DNA of 61,741 nucleotides, filler included, from Syncephalis fuscata S228 (lineage: Eukaryota; Fungi; Zoopagomycota): assembly GCA_025786725.1 (NCBI GenBank). It is 3 parts of 3 records of this genome, joined end to end, with 100 filler letters (N's around TTAATTAATTAA, not from the genome) between each part and the next. Parts side by side here need not be neighbours in the genome. Positions count along the whole stretch, not along the records: positions 20,300 to 46,310 come from JAHLTZ010000114.1; 2 more parts are not named here. One strand, 5' to 3'. The notes under the pieces were generated by a model that was not told the DNA's origin, did not search any database, and saw only the letters and a list, made by a program, of their open reading frames with translations. The translations under genes and the position numbers were made by a program. This document shows, piece after piece, positions 26,508-40,463 of this stretch (its first letter is position 1; each line of letters begins with the position of its first letter).

Positions 26508-27025
26508 TGTACATAAGTAAATAAGACAAAAAAGAATAGCAGCTAAATTGTCAAAAACTACTCATGTCAATAACGTTTTATTAAAAGATAAACAATTATA
26601 ACACGTGGCTATAATGAAAAAATACAAAGCGTGTATTTTAAATATATATGCTGTGCAACCTGCAAAGGCCTTGAACCTTTGAAGCAACGCTCTATTTACA
26701 ATATAATTACTATACTAACACTATCTATTTCAACTAACATGGTAATGTTTGTTCTGTATTGTAGTATTAGTATAATATTATCTTTTTTATAAATGTGCTA
26801 ATATAACAATTACACATCCATCTTAACAATAATACTAGTGACTTATTTAGCTAATTGTCATTTTTAATTATGTTAATGCTATTATACTTATATATGTGTG
26901 CATTGTGTCATTTTATTTTTATTTTTAATTTAAAAGTTTATAAAATTTGATATTTAATTGATTAAGTTAAATATTGTGTATATTCAACATTATTATACAG
27001 TTTTTATGAACAATTTACTAGTCAT

Positions 27026-29352
27026 CATGTGATTTAATGGTCAAATGGCTTTATTTAATAACACTCATAATTACTATATTATTTCATATATAAAAAATAA
27101 ATATGCAATAAAAAAACATAAATAACGGTAAGGAGGTTGTAGTAAATATATTTATGAATGAACAAACAAAATGAACTGAGATTTATTAATAATAAAGCTA
27201 GAACAAGAAGAGCAGCTACAATGGATAGTGCGTAGTTATTATACAATAAAATAATATGCAAATAATGAATATACAATGTTGAGCAGCGAATAGTAATTTT
27301 AAAGTTATTAAGTATATATGCATGAGCAGATGACCGACATAGTCGAAATTTATTAATAATAGTGCTAGAACAAAAATAAAACCAGTTTTCGATGGAACAT
27401 GCCGAGGCAATAATAAAATGTTATAAAATAGAATGATTATACAATGGGAAAAGTAAAATGTGACATTAAAGTGCATATAATGTAATGAGTGGAGTGAGCA
27501 TTTGTGCTAAGCATTATGTGTTAGCATTTGTGCTAAGCATTATGTGTTAGCATTTGTGCTAAGCATTATGTGTTAGCATTTGTGCTAAGCATTATGTGTT
27601 AGCATTTGTGCTAAGCATTATGTGTTAGCATTTGTGCTAAGCATTATGTGTTAGCATTTGTGCTAAGCATTATGTGTTAGCATTTGTGCTAAGCATTATG
27701 TGTTAGCATTTGTGCTAAGCATTATGTGTTAGCATTTGTGCTAAGCATTATGTGTTAGCATTTGTGCTAAGCATTATGTGTTAGCATTTGTGCTAAGCAT
27801 TATGTGTTAGCATTTGTGCTAAGCATTATGTGTTAGCATTTGTGCTAAGCATTATGTGTTAGCATTTGTGCTAAGCATTATGTGTTAGCATTTGTGCTAA
27901 GCATTATGTGTTAGCATTTGTGCTAAGCATTATGTGTTAGCATTTGCGCTAAGCATTATGTGTTAGCATTTGTGCTAAGCATTATGTGTTAGCATTTGTG
28001 CTAAGCATTATGTGTTAGCATTTGTGCTAAGCATTATGTGTTAGCATTTGTGCTAAGCATTATGTGTTAGCATTTGCGCTAAGCATTATGTGTTAGCATT
28101 TGCGCTAAGCATTATGTGTTAGCATTTGCGCTAAGCATTATGTGTTAGCATTTGTGCTAAGCATTATGTGTTAGCATTTGTGCTAAGCATTATGTGTTAG
28201 CATTTGTGCTAAGCATTATGTGTTAGCATTTGCGCTAAGCATTATGTGTTAGCATTTGCGCTAAGCATTATGTGTTAGCATTTGCGCTAAGCATTATGTG
28301 TTAGCATTTGCGCTAAGCATTATGTGTTAGCATTTGCGCTAAGCATTATGTGTTAGCATTTGCGCTAAGCATTATGTGTTAGCATTTGCGCTAAGCATTA
28401 TGTGTTAGCATTTGCGCTAAGCATTATGTGTTAGCATTTGCGCTAAGCATTATGTGTTAGCATTTGCGCTAAGCATTATGTGTTAGCATTTGCGCTAAGC
28501 ATTATGTGTTAGCATTTGCGCTAAGCATTATGTGTTAGCATTTGTGCTAAGCATTATGTGTTAGCATTTGTGCTAAGCATTATGTGTTAGCATTTGTGCT
28601 AAGCATTATGTATTAGCATTTGCGCTAAGCACTTTTCATGCAACTAACTACATATCCGCTTTATTGAACATGAAACTGAATGCTGAATAGTATTAATCAT
28701 TAAAATATTTATTATTGTATATTTATTATCTAGTACGCATATATCGTCATTGCAATACTATGTTATTATGTTTACGCTGTTTTATTTCTAGATTTCTTTT
28801 TTATTTGCATACTCATTAATCCACCATGTTCCTATTTCACTTAAACTTGTTATTACTGTGAATATCCATTGATCTGCCCTATTAGCATTAAAGCCATAGC
28901 CAATTTGCATTAACTGATTTGTCTACCAGACAGTTACACAGTACATATATGCATGAGCAAATAAATGTAATAATTTAAATTTATTAGTAATTGAACTAGC
29001 ATTAAACGAACAACTGTTTTGAATGAAGTGTTGATATTATACAATAGAATGATATAAAGTAGAATAAATGTACGATAGACAGGTATAAATAACGCTGTTG
29101 AAACTATAATACAAGTAATGCAATAAGTAGACTGGATGGAATATATTATAATATATAAAGAATAGAATATATTTAGTATACATAGTAATAACACATACTG
29201 TAATAATATATGCGTACTGGATAATAAATCTACGATGATGGGTATTTGATGATTGATGTCACTCACCAACTATCATTATGTTTAATAGATTTAGTGTGTA
29301 ATTTAATTACGTGAATGTTCTTGAAAATAGTCATTTGATTTTAAATCATACT
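27026..29352. mobile_element. Degenerate TIR-bounded non-autonomous element containing the satellite array
   Basis: Left end ATGTGATTTAATGGTCAAATGGCT is an imperfect inverted match to the right end AGTCATTTGATTTTAAATCATA. Internal ~160 bp degenerate subrepeats at ~27150, ~27315 and ~28945. Right part 29200-29355 is homologous to 40860-41012. Confidence 0.5.
27497..28631. repeat. Tandem minisatellite, 26-bp unit AGCATTTG(T/C)GCTAAGCATTATGTGTT, ~43-44 copies
   Basis: Directly visible head-to-tail array with one recurrent T/C variant and no spacers. Confidence 0.98.
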
Positions 29353-29657
29353 AAATAGTTGATGCTTATTAAAATCTATTAATAAAAGTCAAATGCTTAT
29401 AATAAAATTATAATACAATAAGTAAACTAAGCAAAGTATGTTGAAAACTATAATAAATAAAATATTATTGTTATTAATAAAATAATATGACGATGACTAT
29501 ACATCGTCATGGTTCATGTGTTAGTTCATATAAGTGTGTTGTAATCCTCTATATGATTACTCATAGGACAGCTGTTGGTGTCAAAATGATAGTAATGGCA
29601 AGTCATTAACAGTTACAGGATGTGCTATGAAAATACTCAGACAAAATTTAAAGTTTA

Positions 29658-31362
29658 TTACAATGTGTCTTTTCTTGATGCATCCATGTTGTTGGTATGG
29701 CCAATAAGAAAAGCCATTTGATCAAGTATATAGAGCGATAGATTGCCATACTTTGTAGGCATGAGCTATAACATATCAATAAATGCATTAATAAATATAC
29801 TAATAAATATAGTATTGCTTACCTCAATTTGGCCATTGCAATTTAGATAAAGTGTATCAAGTCGCATATGAACAAGTTGGCATCTATCTAAACGGATACG
29901 GAAATAGCATAGAAACTGCTGATGTAACACTGATAATACTAAACACACGATTAATGATAACGACACCTTTGCACACACATAACTTACCATTGGTTTGGTC
30001 TTTAGACACAACTAAGTCACTTGTATTATCGCCATTGCCGGCATGACAACTAGTCAATATATTAATTAGTTTATATTTACATATACGTAGCTTACTTACG
30101 GTCGTGCACATGTAATAAGCTTCATAATTTCCGGCCTAACTGTAATATAATCCATGGCCGATATTTGCCGAGGAAGCTTGTACTTAAGATTAATTGTTTC
30201 TTTAATATCAGTAAATTGCACTATTACAGTGGCCATTATATTAATAAAATGCAATAAATCACAACTATACTTACTTGTATGGGTCAATATAAGATTGGCC
30301 CAGCCTTTAAATATTTCAGATAATTCCCAATGATCCCAATTACGTAACTGAATACTACAGTTAAATTGCCTTTGCCACCATTTAGTGATAATAGATATTA
30401 CTGGTGGTAGGCCGTAAGCAAGTATTAATGGCATTTCCTTGACACTAGTATCTAGATAATAAATGATTTGGTAAACAAAAAGTTATATAAAGCAACATTG
30501 CTTACCGTGTTGGTATTTCTGCTCTCTTATAGGAATCCAAATAAGCTTGGTTTCATATGGCTGCTGTTGCTGCTGTTGTATTGCTAATCGTAGAGTATTA
30601 TAATTATAGTTTAAATAATAATAATTACATTAATTTAATACCTACTAGAAATCTCAATATTAACACTAACAATCAGCGGTGTGTGTGTTTGTGTTGGCTG
30701 ATCATGGGACACATCTATAATATATATATATATCATTAATTGTGTATAATATACGGCTATAGATTACTTACTAGGTGGTGACGCTGAAAGTGGTGGTCGA
30801 CTGGTCGGCGGCCAGGCATTTGGCGATAATGGCTCAATAATACAGTTTACTACTTCATAACAAATAACTTCTGATTCAGCTGTCATGTTCTGTTCTTCGT
30901 TATTCGTCATAAATGATAATGAGTTATTTGCATTATCACATCCGATAAACACCTGTGATAATTCTTGCGATAGTATCTTTAGCAGTGCTTTTTCATAAAC
31001 TCTTGTATTGCTGTAACTAAATTTATGCCATTTTGAACACATCAATGTCTGCCATGATTTCTTCCATAAAAACTCTAGTTAAATAACACGTCGTAATCAT
31101 TAATGATACTATATACTGATTATTGTTCGATTTATCAATTACCTAGTTCAGAATTCATATTGCCTCTCCACATATCACTTGAACTTGGATCAAACCTTAT
31201 GTCACTTTGGCTTGAACGGTTCTGAGTTCCATCGTTGAGGGAATAGGATGCATTACTATTACTACGCAAATTGGCGCGTCTAGGTGATGAAAATGACGAT
31301 GTTGGGCTAGTCTCCGGCATAGTATGATCGTCCGGTTCAGATGGTAATATTGTCTCATTCAT
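29658..31362 (-). CDS. CENPL: Kinetochore protein CENP-L (Fta1/Iml3 family)
   Basis: Multi-exon. FLWKKSWQTLMCSKWHKFSYSNTRVYEKAL, MPLILAYGLPPVISIITKWWQRQFNCSI and YFRIRLDRCQLVHMRLDTLYLNCNGQIE correspond to recalled CENP-L blocks (LLHKQW..YKFSYSNL; LPLFLANG..IIGTWFQKTFDC; HFKIHLSATRL..DGKIK). Confidence 0.75.
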
Positions 31363-31476
31363 AGTGCAAGTGTTTATATACTCGTAATTGCTATAGTTGC
31401 AAACAAAATAATAACAAAAATAACGCGTTTTGTTACAAGTACTATACTCTGCTATGAACGTGGTCGTACTTGGTTA

Positions 31477-31510
<34 letters not shown>

Positions 31511-31824
31511 CAGCAATTGGTATACAGACTTTGTTCAATAAGCAATAAAATAGCGAGTAGTTTAATTCAATTATTGAATTTCTTTAATCTATTTGATTCA
31601 ACTTAATTCAGTTTAAACTTTGTAATTAATCATCGTTCTATAATATTGATTATCGGTGTTAAATGACATTTATTACTTGGTATTCACTATTTTACTCAGA
31701 ATAAAATAGATTTTATTTTTTATTTTTTTTTCAATCACATTTACACGCACACACTGATTTGTGCTTTTCTTCTCCGTCGCCACTATTCTACTTGTCAGTG
31801 AATGTTACCCTTTGAATTGTTAGT

Positions 31825-34800
31825 ATGGCGCCGCGTACTGATAGTAAGAAGGCTGGAGGCAATGCTTCAGCTTTAAAGCGTTTAAAGGATTCGCTGAAAA
31901 CTGCCGGTTTAATCGGTCCAGCTGCAAAAACACAACATGGCAAGAAGAAACATAAGCAGCAACGGACACAGGCCAATACTTCAGACGCTAGTCTACGTGC
32001 CGAACGTAAAAAGAAACTAGCTCAAGTAGAAAGTGCACTTAATCCATTCGAGGTCAAACTTACTCGTCAAAAGCATGAGGTAGTAGGGCGTAAAACGAAA
32101 GGTGCAGTGGGTCGTCCAGGTGTCACTAAACAGATAGGTGAAGAAAAGGTAATTAGATTTTATCTATACTCTAATATGTTATTAACAAGAGTGAAATAAT
32201 AGAGACGACAGACATTGTTAATCGAAATGAAAAGAAAGTCGAAATCAGGCGGTATTATTGATCGTCGATTTGGTGAAAATGATGCAACAATGTCATTAGA
32301 AGATAAAATGCTTGAACGTTTCACTAAAGAACGTCAACGTCAATCGCGTGGGCGTAATTTTAATCTTGATGATGGCAGTGACGAAGAAGATGGCGGCCTT
32401 ATGGGTCTTACTCATATGGGCAAATCACTAGCTGATATGGATGAATTTGATGACTATGGTCTTGCAGTCGATGAAGATGATAACGGCACTACCGCCAATA
32501 GTAAAGGAGCCATTGATCGTGATACAGTAAGCCAGTTGCATTTTGGCGGCTTTGAATCAACACCGGGTGAACCAAGAAGCCGTGCCGATATTATGAAAGA
32601 AGTTATTGCCAAGAGTAAAATGCACAAGCATGAGCGGCAACAAGAGAAAGAAGTAGATGAAGCACTACGAATGAAGCTTGACGAGGATCTTGGCGCCATT
32701 CAGTCTCTATTATTTGCGGCTACACCTTCAGAAAGTAGTAGTAGTGTTCTACAAACGGCCCGTCGAGGATTACCATCACAAAGTGCACTGTTTGGCAAAG
32801 CACAAGCATTAAATGAGGTAAGCTAATATTTTATAATTAAACAATTGAATAACCATATAATATTGTAGGCGGCACGAGAAAAAGCAGAGGAGGAGGAGGA
32901 GGAGGAAGATAAATCTAAAACATTAAATTATGACATGTTAGTACGTGAATTAGCATCAGATAGACGTGCTCATGCCACTGATCGTACAAAAACGGAAGCT
33001 GAATTGGCGCAAGAAGAAAAAGAGAAATTGGAACGAGCAGAGGTAAATAGAATTATTTATAATGATATAGATTAGAAATTAATGTTATTAATATTAATAG
33101 AGACATCGTAAACGTCGTATGGCTGGAGAAGATTCAGATACTGAAGATGAACAAGAGTCAGCCGCTGCCAAGAAGCGTAGAAAGGGAAATGCACCACAAG
33201 GTGATGATATTGAAGATGATTTTGTATTAGATGAAGATTTAGTTGATCCAACTGGATTTGGTAGTGGATTGCGTGTAGCCAGTGATTCAGAAGATGAGGA
33301 TGAGGATGAGGATGAGGATGAGGATGGGGATGACAGTGAAGATGAAGAAGACAGTGATGAGGATGAGGACAGTGAAGACGAAGATGAAGAGGATGGATCT
33401 GATTTAGATATTGATAGTAAAATACAAAATATAAAAGCAATAATTCGTTCATCTATAAAAAAGACTAAAAATGAGGAAGAAGAAGAAGAAGAATTAAAGG
33501 AATCAACATCTAAACAAGAAATACCATTTACTTTTCCAGCACCTGAAGATCATTCAGCTTTTTTACATCTAGTTAAACATTATAATGCAGAAGAGCAGTT
33601 TATTGTAGTTAAACGATTACGCACCATATATCATATTAGTTTAGGAGCAGCTAATCGAGAGAAACTACAAGTACGTATTAGACTATTATAACAATATAAC
33701 AATAGTATACTAATATAATGAATAGACATTGCTAGTTGTTTTACTAGATCATGTTATGTATTGTGGATCATTGGTAGTACCTCAAGTTCAAGTAGTTAAT
33801 AAACTATTTCCACATATTTATGAATTGACCACTCAATTCCCTGAAATAGCCACAGAACATACACGACAAGTATTACAACAATGGCAATCAGATATGATAT
33901 CCGGTATGAATCAAGGTAAGTCACTATTAATACTAGTATTCATATTTATATTTATATTTATATGTTATTATTAGATGACATAGATGCACCACCTACATTA
34001 CCATCATCAAGTGAATTACTCTTTTTACTGGTTATTATGCGTTTATTTCCTACTTCTGATAAATTACATCCAGTAATTACTCCTACTTTTCTTTATATTG
34101 GCCAGTGTTTGGGTCAAATGCCTGTACGTACTGGTCGAGATGTATTGGCCGGTCTTTTATTATGTCAACTTTACATTGAGGTATGTATTAATGAGTCGTA
34201 TTGCTATCTATAGTATTGTTAACATTTCTATGTTATGAATAGGCTCAGTCAATGTCTAAACGTTTAATGCCTGAAGTATTCAATTATTTATATAGATTAC
34301 TTGCAGCATTGCCCCCAACTACGAATACTAAATCATCAGTAACATCTACTGAACTACCTGGCTACTTTCCCAGTGCTCTATCATTGCCTGATACATGGAC
34401 ATTGACTCAAGCTGATACACTAGTGTCGATAGAGCCGGCACCATTAGCATTTAAACAATTGAGTATTAAACAAAAGGATAATCAATTACCATTATCAAAT
34501 GATATCAAGTAAGCAGCAATACTAACAATAGTGTATTAAAACTAATGATATCGATTAGGATTTCTGCATTTTATTTAATCCTCCAACTTATTCAACGATT
34601 GGCCGAGTTATCCGTTGGTTCATCCGCTTTCCCTGAACTATTCCGGCCAGCCATTGATTTATTACAGCCATTGACTAAACTTGAACTATCAACAACGGTT
34701 ATGGTACGTTATTAGATCATTATTAACACTATAATACATATTTATTAACTTTTGTATAGACACGTCTTAATAGCGTTAACGAACAACTTAATAGGATGAT

Positions 34801-35143
34801 TAAATTGGCTGTTCAGTCACGTAAACCACTACAGCTACAACGTCACCGTCCTATGGCTATTCCGTCACATCAGCCTAAATTCGAAGAAAACTACTCGGTT
34901 GATAAACATTATGATCCAGATCGTGATAGAGCAGAGACTCAACGCTTACGGGCAATGCATCGTAAAGAACGTAAAGGTGCAATGCGTGAATTGCGTCGTG
35001 ATAATCAGTTTATTGCCACGGAACGGGCCCGTGAACAAAAGGAGAAAGATGATGCGTATAAACGCAAAATTCGTCATATTACTGGACTACTTACCGACGA
35101 ACAAGGCGAGAAGAATAAATTGGAACGCAAGGCACGAAAATAA
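31825..35143 (+). CDS. NOP14: Nucleolar protein Nop14 (SSU processome)
   Basis: NPFEVKLTRQKHEVVGR, GGIIDRRFGE, LTHMGKSL, MKEVIAKSK, FPTSDKLHPVITP and KERKGAMRELRRDNQF across ~9 exons. Confidence 0.95.
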
Positions 35144-35386
35144 TAGACAGGCATTCGCGTATTATTTGCATATTAATATAGTTAACGACATTCATGTAGT
35201 TGCTATAATTATGGTTATAATGATGATTGTTGTTGCCGCTTTATTCTTAGTATAATTCATATAATTAATATAAACGATATTAAACTTTTCTCTTTCTCTC
35301 TTTCTCTCTTTTTCTCGTTATTAATAAGGAAAGAAAGTGTGTTATAGTTTGATTAAGGGGAAAACATTTAAAAACTATAACGCTTA

Positions 35387-37988
35387 TTACTCTTTAGGTA
35401 ATCCACACATTGCACAGTCAGCACCTGGCCCCTCGTTAAGGAAGGTACAATGTTTACATTGCCATGGACCAGCACTATTTGTTCCACTGTATGGCTGATC
35501 TGCAGTATTGCCACTGCCATATGTATTGGTAGTGGATGTATGTCCTCCCGTAACTGGAATAAACAAATAATATATATATATATATATATAAGTTTAGTGT
35601 TATACAAATAAACATAATACATAATACATACCCTCTTTTAGTAAACCAATTAATGCTTGCCATCCATCCATTGACTGTAGATCACTTGTTGATACAGTAT
35701 TAGGTGAAGTTATAAATTGTCCAAGTAGAGCAAGTTCTTCCTATATAAATACAGCAATATTAGTATATGTATATACATATCGATTACAGCCATATCTTAC
35801 CTTGCTTAATATAGATAAATCATTAATGGATAGCAGTAAATGAAAATCGGATAATAATACCGGCAACTGATCTGTATTACCATCAAGTATAGGTGACAAG
35901 TAGCGCTTTATTTCAACGGCGTCACCTTGTCTTAATGGTCGATTTTCAATTGAAAATTGATTTGTATCGTTAAATAGCGGCAATGGATTTGTAGGTGCAC
36001 CATGAGTTAGCTATTCATTAATCAGTCAATTAGTATAATTGGCATAATAGCGGCAACTCCATACCGTAACAAGCCAGTATTCAACTGGGAAGCATGGCTT
36101 AGCATTACCACTTTCTTGTGAACCATATTCATTTTTACGTGAATAGAATACATCGGGAATGTATCGACCGGGTGCCTCTGGCTTTACACGTAACAAAGAT
36201 GGATTGATACTCGGTTCAATAAGATCGGCTTGTGACATGGCCATTGCCTCATTAGATACTTGGTATGCACTAACTTCTATTTGATTTTGTGGATCACCTA
36301 ATAGATAGCCAATAAGCTAGCTATTCCATACTAAACTGTAATCACTTACCGGATACAACACAAGAGACAAATCGACTACCAAATGAACTGGTCGGTGACT
36401 TTTTCGTCATATATGGATGGCGTTGTTGCATTACAGCGGCAAATTGGCATTCTTGTGCTGACATAAAGAAGGATTTAATATGTCGTTTGCAAATAACACC
36501 GCCTTTGCCTTGGCCGTCATCCATCAAATCTGTCCATATCATACCAACCTATAATATAAAATAAGGAATTTAGCAACCAATTAATCGTTAATTGGCTATC
36601 TATCGCCACATACTGCCAACTTACTCGAGTTAGACCACAAGCAGCGGCTACTTCATCGGCTCGACAATCGCCTTTAAAGTCTGGATCATCAACACCGGTC
36701 ACTTCTACCCATAATGGATCGCATTTTTGATCTGGTTCGTAAATTGCTTCAACAACCGCTTTAACGCCCAAAGGCACTGCGTCATATTGTTCGTATCTTC
36801 CATAAAGCCAGCCAAATCGCTGGGCACCACTATGTCGCCATGCATCTAGAAAACGATTGATAATCTGCTGCGAGGAAAATTCAACATGATCAACCATTCG
36901 AAATTCCTGTCGTTTTAAAGTAACTGCACTTGGCTGGCATTTACTACAAATACTTTTAGGCCAAGGTGCATGTCCATTCTTGCAGTTTGGTTTTACTCGA
37001 TAGTCAGGCATTTCCAATGGCTGATCGGCTATACCACGCCATTTGGAGAACTGGCCAAAACTAGCATTTCCCGCTGATGCTTGGAGCTTTTTTAAATAAG
37101 CATAGAATGACATGTGTTTGATATTCTTTTCAGCTCTATATTTTTCATCATATGGCTATATAGCATTATTTAAATAAAATTATCATATTAGATTGGTATA
37201 TTGAATATATAGTGTTAGAATTACCTCTAATGGCATACAGTAAGTACAAACACCTGTAGAATGTCGACAGCTTTGACAATAATACTATCAACAGACTACT
37301 CAAATAAGGACACTTTTTATCTATTACTTACAAGCGTGGATCTTTCTTTTGTGCAATACGACCATCCATTCGCTCCAATGCTTCATCCAATGACTTTTCT
37401 GTAGAGATTGGCGCCGCAGCTCCTGCCGTTGTATTGGCAGTAGACTCGAAAGCATCATTGTCGGTGGCAGGCTGCTTTCCCTTGCTGACAGCTGACATGT
37501 CATTTTTTGATATTATCTGTGCATATAACATTTCACCATGTCTATATAATGTAAATAAACATGCATAACAACAAATATTGCTTACTTAATATTCATATCA
37601 GCAAATGATGCCTCAGTATGATCAAGTGAATCGGTACCAGCAGGGTCGCGAGATACGTTAACGTCATACAAATCATACGACGATAGAATCTCATTTAACT
37701 ACTCAACAGCAAATTGGTAATAGTAGTTACTATTTGTTAATAGCTATTTATTGTCTGTAGCGTGTGATTGTTTACCTTGTTTTTTAGTACAGACACATCA
37801 TCGGTAGGCTCAACAGCCACTCGGTGCATACCTTCTTTGGAACGAACACGGATGATCTACATACAGTCGTCATTACAACCATAATGGCAATAGTAACAAC
37901 AGCAATAATGGATACAATATAAACACAGGCATATGTATGTTAGATAACAAGCAGCACAAATGATATATACAGCTGGTGACCCTACCAT
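35387..37988 (-). CDS. NPL4: Npl4 (Cdc48/p97 cofactor) with C-terminal RanBP2-type zinc finger
   Basis: [10 protein letters not shown]; [33 protein letters not shown]; AVVEAIYEP; IWTDL; [12 protein letters not shown]; final exon [23 protein letters not shown]. Confidence 0.93.
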
Positions 37989-38077
37989 TGTCAATATAGT
38001 GTGGAATAGATATATGCAGCCAAAGGAATAAAAGGTTAATGTTGTCGTCATCCCAATTATTTATATTTACCGTCACT

Positions 38078-39388
38078 ATGTCTTATACATCACTTGTTGA
38101 TTATGACACATCGAGTGACGAAGAATCACATAACAACAATGCAGCGATAGACTTGTTGAATACAGTAGAAGTAGACGAGATTAATGACAGTAAACTAACT
38201 ACAGTCACGCGGAAAAGAAAAGCCGCCAATTACCATGGAGTAGCATGTAGTAATAGGTAAGCAGTGTGTTGTCCGTTTACACCAATGCTTATCCGGCTAG
38301 TAAACGAGCTGGTCTAGTTGAACAGTCGCAGTATAATCCTTCAGAGTTACCGTCACGATCGCCACCGCCTCCACCTCCTGCATTTCATAGCTTGTTTGTT
38401 CGTCCTGGTAAATAGACTAGATTGACGACTGACTTTCTATAGTCCAATAATACAGATTATTGACTATACTAATAGGTGGTTTACGCGATGATCCTAAACA
38501 GCATCAAGGTAGAATACGGGCCACACCGCATATTCGTGGTAATTGGTCTACTCATGTTTATCTATCGAGTAAGTGAACTGACAAACCATAGCTTTAATAG
38601 CTTATTACTGTGTAGTTCATCCATCTGAGGAAATGAGTGTATTATTACAGAAAATGTTTAATGCAGCTAAACAAAGTGTACCCAATCTACAATGGATTCA
38701 AGCAACAAATAACACTTTTATTCAAACAACAAAAGATAGTGTTGAAGAGACGCCACAAATGTTAAATGGTCCACTAGGCACAAACTGGGATTTACATCTT
38801 TCATTATCGCGACCTTGCTATCTTAAACTGTACCAATTAGACCATTTTACCCGCCAATTAAAAGAGAAACTACAAGATATACAAAAGTAACTGACCATCT
38901 ATTATTGTTTAAATGTAAATACTAATGCTTAGTTCAGATTTCATATCAACTTTTGTAATGCGGTACGGTTTGATAATGATGATCAAACGAGAGAATTTAT
39001 TAGTTTAAGTGTAGGCCATGGTCAGTCTCAAGTAAGTGGACGATTAATTAATATTACAACCACTAACACACTTGTTGGCAACAGTTAGCAAAATGTGTTC
39101 AGGCAGTTGATGAAGTTTTGGTCAATTTTCGTCAACCAACTTTTTATCAAGTAAGCTATTAAATAATCTGTATAGTTTGATATCATCTAATGGTAATAGC
39201 CTGCACACTTTCACGCTAGTTTTGCTTGGTGTTTACGCGAATCTACGGAGGAGATTGATGCACTGGCGATCTGTGCAGCTGAGAAAGCCGCTGGATCACT
39301 GGAACGGTTGGCCGCCGTATCTTCGACGTGGATAACTAAAATACACTGCCGTATGGGCAATCGATATTGGAATATGTCTTTAAAATAA
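38078..39388 (+). CDS. USB1: U6 snRNA phosphodiesterase Usb1/Mpn1
   Basis: [36 protein letters not shown], and the two 2H motifs LHLSLSR and FHASFAW. Confidence 0.9.
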
Positions 39389-39458
39389 ATAGTTACTACC
39401 AATCTTTATTTAATAAAAGAAAGCCGTACAAATGCGCATTTGGCTAATGATGCATTGC

Positions 39459-40157
39459 TTAGTGGCAAGAAAGAGCACGCTCTGCGCCCATTCGACGTCC
39501 AAATAGGAAATGGCCAATACCAGCACCAATAACTGTTGCGAACATCAAATAGCCGTTGTAAGTCATAAATATAAGCATAATTAGAAATCCAATGCCGGTT
39601 TGCAATGCGTACAAAATAGAGCGCACAACATGTTCCTCTTTGCTAACACTATGGCATTATTTATATGTTAGCCATTAGTAAATAAATTGCTATTGTTTAT
39701 ACGGCTACTAACCTGAATGATATATATCTATTTCTGCCTTGTAAAGGCTCATCCTCTCCAATGTTTTCTTCATTTAAGGCTGCTTGTTGGCGGCTTATCT
39801 CAGCTCCTACTAACCGGGCATCGTATTGGCGAGCCTTGCTACGTAGCAACTCGTAGTTGGCCGTAATGAGTGCCACCACGACACACGATAGTATCATTGT
39901 GCCAAGACCATGGATTTGCCACCAGTCAAATATGATACATACGCCATGAATGTTCCAATTGAATGTCATCTATAGGTTGTGCAAGTATGGTTAGTTGACA
40001 CTATATACAGCGTATTTAGAATAGTCATTCCTGGACGAATACTTACATTCATGGAGCAAGAGCTGCCATGTTCCATACCATCATGACCGCCGTGTCCATC
40101 GTGTGGCATAGGCATAGGTGCAGAATCCATAGAGTGATGTCCGAAGTGGTGGTCCAT
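39459..40157 (-). CDS. Ctr-family copper transporter (Ctr2-like)
   Basis: His/Met-rich N-terminus, CSMNMTFNW, MLIFMTYNG (MxxxM), GAGIG (GxxxG) and C-terminal CH; three exons. Confidence 0.92.
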
Positions 40158-40463
40158 TGAGTGCAAGTATCAAGAAAGTAGTTAGCAAGCCAGTAGGTTG
40201 TCGGCGATAGAACGCTGTAAATGATATGAGGGGCAGGAGAAGAAAAGGAGTAAGTTGACAAGACTTGGATAAAACAAATGACTAATCAGTCTAGACTTAT
40301 ATGGCAATCTCTATAAATAGTTGCATAATGCAAATTCAAACCATCTATTTTAAGAAATAATTGGAAGATTCCTTAAGGCGTAAAAATCTAAGTAAAAGTA
40401 TATGAATTTTAGTGGACGTAGTTTGAAGACATCACCAATGAATAACAAGTTATAATTCATGCC

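Noticed and set aside
27497-28631. CRISPR array
   Set aside because: Units are directly adjacent with no unique spacers; the context is eukaryotic and no cas genes are present.
27497-28631. Telomeric repeat
   Set aside because: The array is internal to the contig with no G-rich strand bias. It is not excluded as an interstitial relic but is unsupported.
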